A stretch of 60,562 nt of DNA, the filler included, from Sphacelaria rigidula (taxonomy: Eukaryota): assembly GCA_964200075.2 (NCBI GenBank). It is 10 parts of 10 records of this genome, joined end to end, with 100 filler letters (N's around TTAATTAATTAA, not from the genome) between each part and the next. Parts side by side here need not be neighbours in the genome. Positions count along the whole stretch, not along the records: positions 24,268 to 30,233 come from CAXNAA020023142.1; positions 30,334 to 36,299 come from CAXNAA020023143.1; 8 more parts are not named here. The stretch is one strand, 5' to 3'. Positions 24,327-34,231 of this stretch are shown piece by piece (within the stretch, counting starts at the first letter, position 1; each line of letters starts with the position of its first letter). The translations under genes and the position numbers were made by a program. Below the pieces are notes generated by a model, which had not been told where the DNA came from, ran no database searches, and was given only the letters and a program-made list of their open reading frames with translations.

Positions 24327-24690
24327 GTAATCGGGCGGTAAGAACGTACGAGTGAATTCCCCGTTTATCAGGAGGAGGGTATTATTGACCGTGAAACACA
24401 GTTTTTCTGCTATAATATAGTACAATGAGTAGGTCGAATTTCAAAAAAAAAAACTGTATATTTCTTCATAATTATGATCGGGACAGGCTCGATCGACCGA
24501 AAATACCAATAAGGAAGAATCTGGGCTGAAAAGTGACGGGACCCCCGATCACCGATCAGCCCGTTAGTCACTCGATGTTGAGTACAGATGATTTGATTTT
24601 TCTTGGAATGTGGAGTGGATACCAATATTTTCGGATCCCCAGTGTGATAAGCGATGGCAAGCGAAAAGAGCCCAAGAAAATCGAAAAAAG
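24327..24690 (+). repeat. Interspersed repeat, inverse copy at 37205-37548
   Basis: agaatctgggctgaaa...ttgagtacagatgatt...aagagcccaagaaaatcg aligns to the reverse complement of 37205-37548. Confidence 0.8.
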
Positions 24691-24729
24691 CAGCCACTTT
24701 TCTGGAGGGCGCTATCGCAGCATCACTCA

Positions 24730-25732
24730 GGATGGATTGTGTTTCAAGGACAAACCTTGGGGACCTCCATAAGCATCGAAATGTCCTCGAAATAAAAGTG
24801 CAAATGAAGGCCCTCTCCGGCAGGGGACAGCGTAAAAACAAATGCTGGACATGTAGTCCTCAAGATCGAGAAATAAATTGAGTTTTTGAGGGGGGGGTGG
24901 GGGTAAGGGCAGGGGGGGGCATCAGCCGTCTGTTCGTTAATCAATCTCTTCCAACCAAAATAAAGGGGAAAAAAGTCAGGACAATTTTCGAAATAATGTC
25001 CTCCGACATCTGAGGTCATCGGTGTCATGCGTGAGAGGACCGCGTGCTTAGAGGACCGGATCGGAATTTGAACATCCCTATGATAGGGTCGGGGTTAGTG
25101 TTGCGGGGTCAGGGTCAGGGGCGTGGTCCCTGCAAGGACTGACCCGATTGGTTTTTGAAAAACGTCGATCCTGAGGTATTTCGAACTACGACGCGGACCC
25201 CTAAGCACGCGGTCCTCTCACGCATTACAATCGGGACAGAGCGGGCAAGGAGTAAAAGCAGGCATACAAACCGCGCAAAGCCCACCAGACTTTTCGGGTT
25301 TTGTCGGTCTTCATTGATAATTTTCTTGCAACAAAGTTGACAGGAAAAAAAATTAAAAATCATGACAATTACCGAAAAAATGCCCGCGGGGGGGGGGGGG
25401 GCTTCATGTCCGAAAAACTTCTCCGCGCTGCCCCCTGTCTCCGGCCATAATGTGTGATCGATCTCGCTCATCCTCAAAAGAAATAATCTGCGATCCGTAA
25501 AATCCCTCGTCCACAGGGGATCCTGACAAATACGGATACTTTTTTGGACGGGAGTGAGCGGAGGTCGAAATTGTTTGGCATGAACACGGGATTTTACAAA
25601 TTGCGGATGGATTCTTCTGAGGATGAGCGAGGGCACACATCGCGGCCGTGCAGTGCACTTGCGCTTATATTTAGATAATGTCCCGATGCTTATGAGGGTT
25701 CCCAAAGTTCACCCTCAAAACAAAACCCATCC
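24730..25732. mobile_element. ~1-kb non-autonomous TIR element (AGGATGG...CCATCCT, ~80-bp diverged TIRs)
   Basis: aggatggattgtgtttcaaggacaaaccttggggacctccataagcatcg versus reverse complement aggatgggttttgttttgagggtgaactttgggaaccctcataagcatcg. Confidence 0.65.
25027..25225. mobile_element. Nested 199-bp MITE with a perfect 25-bp TIR and internal telomere-like G-tracts
   Basis: atgcgtgagaggaccgcgtgcttag ... ctaagcacgcggtcctctcacgcat; interior gggtcggggttag...ggggtcagggtcagggg. Confidence 0.8.
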
Positions 25733-27309
25733 TCAATTAATAAATAGTATATTCCAGGGAAATCACTGTGTTTCGGAGTTGAAGCCCTTCCCGAGGTTTA
25801 ACGTGATTTTCGAAGATAATCTCTTCTTGTATCTCTCGTAAAACAGGCTCAGACCGCTCTCGAACGTGGAGTCATGCTATGCGATAAGGGGCGGCGGGGC
25901 AGGGGGGATATTTGATTCCCCGTAAAAGAACTCATGGGTGTGTCAGACGACCTAACACACTGGCGCTGCGCTTGTATTTGTTTTCAAACGGTGTCAAAGC
26001 GGTACGCATGAGTGTCATTTACCGGTAACAAGCGCCTTCGGAAAAAGACGTTGTTGCTGCTTTCAAGAAAGATTTGAATATTTGAAATGGAATGGCGTGG
26101 AGGATATGGTCCAACGCCCCCCCCCCGCGCGCTACCCTCTATCGTAGCATGATGACTTGTTGGCATTCAGCAGTTATTGGGTGCTTCAAATAGAAAAGCA
26201 TGTCCTGGGAAAACATTCGAGTATTATTACGATAGCACCCTCATCGAAACCAGCCCAAGACTGTCACGAAGAAAATGGTCATACAGCGCCTGATGTTTGA
26301 TTTCAGGCTTCATGAAGCGCTTCATATGGGCGACATTGGCGAAAACGAATCCAAGCGTGGGGATTCCTAGCTGCTCGTTGTGCTCCGCATTTTTCATTAC
26401 AATTTATGTGTAGATTTTGCCTCCCCAAACCAGTCATTCTGGGGGGGAGCTATCGTAGCAAGTAAGTGTCCTTCCCGGCTTCTGGGGGTCCCGGCTTGAA
26501 GACCCCCAGAAGTTGGTACAAAATTCCTCAAAACATACGATATTAATAAAAAATGTACTACGCGCCCCGGGGTAATCCAAGGGAAAATGTAGAAATTCCC
26601 GTTTCTGACGCGAAAACTGATGCAGTAGGGTGGTTTTTACGTTAAACGTACCCGAACAGTCGGTTGTGAACCTGCAAGTAATTTCAGGAGTTTTTACAAC
26701 TTGATTGAGCTCACTTGATCCCAGAAAAATGAGAACTTCACGCCATTTTTGCGGGGTAAACTGAAAACTTTGCAGGCATATACTGTGGGCATTTACGACA
26801 CGTTCCATTAACAAGGCCTTTCGATTTTTGTTCGTCACCGATTATCGGGGGTGCCAGGTTTGTGCTAGATCACATGCCGTTATGAGACCCCCGAAGACTG
26901 GTGGTGAAAAGGTCGAGAGGCCCTCATCTAGGAAAGCTTCATAATGTCCTGTCGAATACGTGTGCAAATTTTCGCAGTCTGATTGCGAAAAAGCGCGAAG
27001 TTTCGTGGATTCCTGAACTCCGGGTAATGAATGTGAACGAGACTGTAGTACCACTCGCACGTCTCTCGAATTTTTTGTTTTATTTTATCGGCAGATCTGA
27101 TTGGTTTATTTCACCACACCCCGACCACCTCGAGGGAATTTGTTGTTCTCATTTGTTTTTTCAGTGTTTCTTTCTTGTGCTTGTTTAGTTTTGCCTTGTG
27201 TTGTAGTCTCAGAGGAAGCCGCTTGACGAGCGCCTCCGTCTCATTAAATCATTCTTATCATTACTACTACTATTATACTGTTATCATCACCATTATTAGC
27301 AGCAGTAGT

Positions 27310-27659
27310 GCCGGTCGCCCCGGTGGCTCAGTTGGTAACCTCGACACCTCCTCACGGTTGGGTCGTCGGTTCGAATCTCGGAGGGATCCGGGTTTATTTC
27401 TTGAACAATGCCCAACAGTGGAAAGCGACTATGCCGTGGGTACACAAAGTTAGACTTAACGGTCGACGAGGGAAAGAAACTGCTGAACCCCTCCCGCGAT
27501 CAAAATTAAGGTAAGCACCGCAGGAGGAAGGTGAAGAAATGAAACGAGCAAAAAAAAACTCCTGCGTTGATCTTCCTCCTGTGTGACCCCGACTGGTGCG
27601 CCCACCTATACCGACAGGTGTCAACCGGCGTCCAGAACAGATGGGACGACAACACACAC

Positions 27660-27660
<1 letters not shown>
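27310..27660 (+). mobile_element. Full-length tRNA-derived SINE (~350 bp) with Pol III A and B boxes and a (CA)n tail
   Basis: Head GCCGGTCGCCCCGG-TGGCTCAGTTGG (A box) ... GGTTCGAATC (B box). Three copies in the window; flanked by AGT microsatellite on both sides. Confidence 0.85.
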
Positions 27661-27706
<46 letters not shown>

Positions 27707-27918
27707 AAGTAGTAACATTATCATCATAATATTTTTCATTATCAGCACCATGATTGACGTCATCATCATTGTTGTCATTATTACCAGGATTATTGCTATT
27801 ATTATCACCATCCTCATCATCATTTAACATCATTATCATCACCATATTATTAACGGCCATTATTACTAGTATTATTTTGATAATTTTGATTATTATCATC
27901 ATTATCATTATTATCATT

Positions 27919-28015
<97 letters not shown>

Positions 28016-28017
28016 AT
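27661..28017. repeat. Compound microsatellite (AGT)n/(ATY)n/(AGC)n/(AGT)n
   Basis: Direct reading. Confidence 0.95.
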
Positions 28018-28633
28018 GAACAAAATATCAATTTTGCTCACGAAAGAATGAGTCTATACTTCGTCACACGATTATTGTTAACTGAGAGCAGGCTTTCTAG
28101 CGGCTCGGGTCCCCAGGGCAGTTGACATCAAAGCATGAGAAGAGGATCTCAAGGAAGGCCCTCGGAGTAAATCGTGCGCCCTCCTGATATATGAGCATAT
28201 TCAAACATAAGTGTATCAATATCATTCGGTTACCATCCGAAGCTGCAGCAACAGGATTGTCAGGTCACGTGCAATTTCCTTCCAGTCGGGTATATATGTA
28301 CGTACACGCATGCATATACCATACTCGACGGTTTGGTACGCATTTCCAGGCTCGCGACAGCTCTTCACAAGCAAACGCTATCTCGGCCTTCCGCAGGTCA
28401 CCAAGAAACGATAGACAGATGTGCGTCTTGCGTCGAGCCTCGTCGAAATAAACGGACCATACCTTTCCACACGCGCGTATGATCAATATGCTGATCGCTA
28501 TGGCACAACAGGTGATTACCTGCTCACGGGCGACTGCTCCGTGGCGCTTGATCTTACCGACGCCCCACCCCGCCCCCTGGCAAAAACGCTGCACAAAACG
28601 TTGTTCTTTGTTTCCTTGCTCACACCACTACAG

Positions 28634-29803
28634 GTACACATCCGCCACCAAGGAAGTCATGGCACGTTCCTGCAAGTGAAACAACAGAGCGAGGGGTGCA
28701 CCAATGCCGCCTGGAATCGACGCCGCGTACAGAGAATGGCATGCGATGAGGCGCAGACCAAGAAACGCGCCGCCCAGAATCATCTCCTCCAGGCTACCGA
28801 GGAGCTAACGAAGTGCGAGAACAGGCAGCCGTACCTGGAGGCTGTGCACACCTCCCGCCAAGCGGAGTACACGGCCGTGCTGACGGTCCTCGAAGAGGCT
28901 GCTGAGGACGCGAAGCGCTCGGCGGTACTCGGGCGTGATATGATGGAGAGGAGAGACGAAATGAAGCGTGACACTTTGGCAGCACGCCACCGCAAGGTGT
29001 GCTGCACCGAAGTCCACGAGGACGCCAAGGAAGTCCTGCGCGATGCTGAGAAGGATGCCCATTTAGCGTGCACTATGTTCGAGTACGTAATCGGCCGGAG
29101 GCGCCCTTCAAAGGGGGTCGTACTAGACGCGATCGCTCAGACGATCCCATCCTCCACGGAGGAATCACGCCCAAGGGAAGCCATCATGGAAGGTTTGTCA
29201 GACAACGGGCGAAAGCTCGTCACCAACGCGGGCAGGATAGCTGTCTCGAAGTTGCGCTCGCGCGCGATTTCTTCGGCCACCAAGGGTCTTGAGAGAGTTC
29301 TCGAGTCCGAGGGGGGGGGGGCGTCGTCGGAGGCCGACGAGGCGAGGATTTACTCACGCGCAACGGAACTCGCCCAACAGGAGGGGAGGGTACTCGAAGC
29401 AGCTGCGGGTGTAGAAGCTGCATTGCAACGCGAGGAGATTGCTGCCTCCGAGCACGAGGAGTTGGAGGAGAAGCTCCTCGACATGGAGAAAGAGAGCAGC
29501 GAACTCGATCTTCAATCCAGAATCGCCGAGGACGTCGTTCACGCCTTGCTGACCCACAACAAGCAAAACCTCGGCAACCTACAGGCGGCGCAGAAGGAAA
29601 TGCAAGTTGGCCAGGACATGCTGGGCCTTGCGCAAGAGAATCATACCAACGCAAGGGTGGAGGAAGCCGTGGCCAGATATCTGGCAAACAGGGAGGAAGA
29701 AAAACTACAACATCTACAAGAGCAACGGAACGTTGGAGAGGATGGACATGGGCGAAGTTCGCGTGTAAAAGTGGCTATGAATGAAACGTTCTCAGCCCTG
29801 TAG
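28634..29803 (+). CDS. Terminal exon of a long coiled-coil protein of unknown function
   Basis: About 390 open codons, E/A/R/Q/L-rich heptad-like sequence and GC3-rich codons; ctacag acceptor at 28633 (5' boundary tentative); TAG at 29803. Confidence 0.75.
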   Translation, partial: VHIRHQGSHGTFLQVKQQSEGCTNAAWNRRRVQRMACDEAQTKKRAAQNHLLQATEELTKCENRQPYLEAVHTSRQAEYTAVLTVLEEAAEDAKRSAVLGRDMMERRDEMKRDTLAARHRKVCCTEVHEDAKEVLRDAEKDAHLACTMFEYVIGRRRPSKGVVLDAIAQTIPSSTEESRPREAIMEGLSDNGRKLVTNAGRIAVSKLRSRAISSATKGLERVLESEGGGASSEADEARIYSRATELAQQEGRVLEAAAGVEAALQREEIAASEHEELEEKLLDMEKESSELDLQSRIAEDVVHALLTHNKQNLGNLQAAQKEMQVGQDMLGLAQENHTNARVEEAVARYLANREEEKLQHLQEQRNVGEDGHGRSSRVKVAMNETFSAL

Positions 29804-30333
29804 CAAGGCACGGGACATCTTCATTAACAGTACTTCCACCTAATACACTGGATATACTATGGGGGGAGAAGCGCGCGGAGAAGGGGGAGACAGTGGGCAT
29901 GCTCGAAACCCGGGACACATAGGCGCTGGGAGCTCACCTTGAGCATGCGTAGCGGGCGACATGGTTATACATGAGTGCAGAGAGAAGTAGATAGCCCTAA
30001 GGTGAAGTGATTGGTTCAACAAGGCTTACTACGGGATGGAGAAAATCAAAATCACGGTCGACTCAGGGGCCGGGGTTCATCAACTTATCGTCGACTGACA
30101 AATATATATATTCATATATTACATGGCAGGGAGCCGAGAGATAGGGAGGGGGGCAAAGGGAAGGTGAGGGGAGGGGGGGGGGGAGGTTACTCATTTGTTG
30201 CGTGCCTTAGTCGTTTGACCATTGACCACGCATNNNNNNNNNNNNNNNNNNNNNNNNNNNNNNNNNNNNNNNNNNNNTTAATTAATTAANNNNNNNNNNN
30301 NNNNNNNNNNNNNNNNNNNNNNNNNNNNNNNNN

Positions 30334-33300
30334 CTCGGCGGGGGCAAAGTTTTTTCGAACTTCGACATGCAGTCCGGTTACCACCAACTGGTGATGGATC
30401 CGCACTCTATCGAGCTGACGGCGTTTTGCACCCCGTCAGGTCTATATGAGTGGCTGGTCACTCCACAAGGTGCCGCCGGCGCCCCAGGAGCGTTTCAACG
30501 TGTGATGTTTCGCGTCATTGATGGACTGTCCAAATGCCGCATGTACCTCGACGATGCGGTGGTTCACGGCAGTACACCTGCTGAGCACATCGAACATTTG
30601 GCGTCCTTCTTTGCTCATTTTGAACAACACAATTTAGAGCTCGCCCCGTCTAAATCCCGCATTGGAGCCACGCGCATCGAGTTCCTAGGTCATTGTATCA
30701 GCCCTGAAGGTCGTAGCCCCAACCTCGACAAAGTTGTCGCACTTAGAGAGATGCCCATGCCACGCGATGTCTCTCAACTGCGCTCTTTACTCGGTGGCTT
30801 GAGTTACTACCGTCGATATCTGCCAAATTTAGCCCAAGCTCTAAAACCTCTCACCACCCTCCTCAAGAAGGGGGTGAAATTCGTGTTCACGTCGGCAATT
30901 CTGGTTTTTCCAGACTGGTCAGCTGCTGAAAATGGCTCCCGTCCGTTCCGACTGCACACGGATTCTTCGAAAACTGGGTTTGGCTGCACACTGGAACAGG
31001 AACAAGACGATGCTAGTGTTCGCCCCATTGTATATCTGAGCCGAACTACCTACCCAAACGAACAGAACTGGTCCGTTATGGAACAAGAAGCAGGTGCATT
31101 TGTTTGGGGAGTGCGCCGGCTCCGGCAATATTTGTATGACCTCCCGTTTGTGATTTATACAGATCATAAGTCTTTGGAAAACCTCGCCAAAATGGCGGAA
31201 CACAACGCCTGGGTTCAACGCTGGTTTGAAATCCTGCCTTCCTACAGCTTTACGTTGAAGTACCGCACAGGTCCCCAAAACGCAAACGCCGACTTCCTGT
31301 CACGCTTGCCCTTACCAGCCCAACCCATCGACAACTCCGCCTTGGGTCGCATCACAGACCCCACCGAAGACATTGTATATTTGATAAGCACAAATGGTTT
31401 TCGTGGACTCTATATTCCACTCTCACTGAACCACAACTCGGCATTTTTTAAAAATAAGCTGACGCCTTCAGCTCACGCTTCTGTATTGGGCAGTTTGGTC
31501 CCACGATCGTTGTGTTCAGTTAGGAGTGAAATTCGTGCAACTACCGGCGGGTGTGATCAATTTCGTGCGTATGGTCATTAGATGGTTTGCACTGTAGAGC
31601 CGGTTTCTACTGACGTCGTTCTCCCGGTTCAAGTCCGAGACCTCATCTCGAGCCGGACCCGAGGACACCGGGCCGTGGAAACGGCTGCCGCCCTGGCAGC
31701 AGCCGGCCCAGACCTCCCAATCCCCAACCCCATTCCAGTCCCCGATAGCCTCCTTGCGCCCCGCTACCTCCACGGCGCAAAAGTCCCAGAAATTCGACAC
31801 CTTCCAAACCACCTCTGCCCACCATAGTCGAGACCTCGACTGTGCCTCCTCCACCCCGTGATGGTACCACCTCCGGTATCACACCACCCGACACCCTCCC
31901 CAACGTGGGAATAGAGGTGAACGTGCCGTTTGAGAATACACTGACCACCCCTTCTGACCTTGATCCAAATAACGCCTCGTGTCCATCCCACAGCGATTCG
32001 ATCCCCTGCGTTTTGGACAACCCCTCCGACACTGTATTCAAGGAACTGACCCTCTTTTCTCACGCCGATTGGGCCCGGGAACAGCAAGCTGAACCTGCTT
32101 GTAAAGCAGCTATACATTATCTATCCAAAGGATGCCCCTCCCCCAGAACCCCCCCCCCAGAAACTGGGTTCCGTTTGCCAGTAGGGCCCCACCGAGCCCC
32201 CACACAGGATGAAGTTACTGAATTACCGCGTAGAGGCATACTTTTTACGGATGATGATGGCGTTGTCCTTTTAGTTCACCGGCCCCCCACGAACCCTCCT
32301 GGAGGGAAATCTACAAGTAGTCACGCCCGTTTGTTGGGTGATGCCCCCGTACGTATTTATGTTCCGATGCTTCTGCGTCCATGGGTTCTCCATGAATGCC
32401 ACTCACAAGCATCCACACATCTGGGCGTCGCTAGGACCTCCCAGATGCTTCAGCGTTTTTTTTGGTGGATTTGTATGGACCAATGTGTGCGTTGGTGGAT
32501 TCGGCGGTGTCTTCTTTGCCGAGCACGCAAAACTTCGCGTCAAACAGTTAGATGATCGGTAATCTCTATTCCCCTTCCCAATGGGCCTGGTGAAATAATT
32601 TCATGAGACTACTTCGGCCCCCTGCCCCTCACTGATAGTGGTAACAAGTACATTTTGTTGTTTACGGATCGCTTCAGTCGACATACTGTGATGAATGCTG
32701 TTTCGGAGACCAACTATAGTTCAGAGGGGACTGCCAACGTCCTTGTGTACACATACATCCCTCAGTGGGGTGTCCCCAAACGTTTGTTATCCGATAACGG
32801 CCCACATTTTGCTGGCAAACTTTCTGCCGCGATCAGTAATCTCCTGGGTGCCCATCGTATTTTTACTAGTTCATACCATTCGTCCACAAACGGTGGGACC
32901 GAACGAGTTAATCACACGATGGCGCACATGCTTTCCACAGTGACCAATGAGCGACAAACGGACTGGGACCTGCACTTACCCCTTGTCCAAATGAACTACA
33001 ACAACTTCGTCAATGTCGCCACAGGCTTGGCTCCCAATGGAGTTCATATTGTTCATATGCCCAGGCTTCCATTGACAGTGTTCGACAGGAAACCCCCTGG
33101 TGGTCATCAGAGTTTGGATCGGGATATTGTGGAGTATCATATGTCTGTTAGTAATCGTCTTCGTCTTGCATATGAGGTGGTACGGGAGCAGAACTTGATC
33201 AACGCAGCAAAGGTAGCTAAGGCAAACAGCGTGTTGGATGATGCAGTGAACAACCGTCCGGTGTGGAAAGTAGGTGAATGGGCATGGGTGTATAACGATG

Positions 33301-34231
33301 TGAGAACTGTAACCCAAGGTACAAGCTCTGCTAAGTTGTCGTCGGATAAGGTGTTGAAGTCGAAGCTTTGCTTGAATTGGACTGGTCCTTGGAAGATTTT
33401 GGCAGTTGGGCCCTGTGATACCGCACCTGACGATAAACCAGTAGGTGAGAAGCTTTTGTGTTTGGGTTTTCTCACGGATGAACCTGGCGTCAAACCCAAA
33501 AACTGGGTCTCGATGCTTCGGTGCAAGCCGTGTCTTCCCCCTCACGACACTAGTGATATGCTCAAGCAATTGCCTATGGGGCTCAGTCAGTATGTCCTCA
33601 CGAGGTATGCGGCGAAAACCCCACCGTACCACATGACGGTTGAAGACGCTGATGGTCCTGTTGAACGTGTAGTGGTAGATCGCATCTCGGGCCATCAATT
33701 AGTCCGAAGTCGAGGCGGTAAAATTGTGGTTATGTATCAGACTCACTGGAAAGGCCTCATGCGTGTTACGTGGGAACGGGAGGAGGATTTGCGTCATTTT
33801 CGAAGAGAGATACTTATATCTTGCGTCGGGTATGTCGTCCAACACCGCCCGTTGAACAAACGATATAGGTATATGCGAAAAGGCGCAGCAGCTCGTGAAC
33901 TGGCCCGAGAACACTCGGCACGATTTGCCATTTCGGGCTATAGTCTCATTTTTCGAAGAAACGTTTGCCGAAAGGTGCATGTTTTTGGTACAGGGCTATG
34001 GATTCGCGGTGGTGGCTGGGGAAGATTCATTTGATAGATCCTGAGGCGGACGATTCCTACTACATCCGCTCCCTCGATGATCCGGGTCCTCTCAAGAGGC
34101 GTCTCCACGACGATTACTACACCGAGATGCCGACCGCTCGCCGAGGATCTTGGTGCCTACAACGACACGACAAAGGGGACATCGACACAGCTGTCTTGCG
34201 CAACCCCGACACGGCGTGGGACACAGAATAA
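30334..34231 (+). mobile_element. Decayed Ty3/Gypsy LTR retrotransposon pol: RT-RNase H-integrase-chromodomain plus extra C-terminal module
   Basis: RT: FDMQSGYHQL, TAFCTPSGLYEW, YLDD, FLGH. RNase H: LHTDSS, EQEA, YTDHKSL, NADFLSR. Integrase: HLG...RRCLLC zinc finger, SDNGPHF, NGGTERVN, WTGPWK. In-frame stops (31581, 32555, ~32606) and frameshifts. Confidence 0.95.

Noticed and set aside
27310..27392. tRNA gene
   Set aside because: A and B boxes are present but there is no convincing cloverleaf; it continues into a repeated body, so it is a SINE head.
27506..28125. Poly-L/S/T/I ORFs
   Set aside because: Translations of trinucleotide microsatellites.
32553..32606. In-frame TGA codons in integrase as recoding or selenocysteine
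   Set aside because: They are accompanied by other stops, frameshifts and deletions; simple decay.
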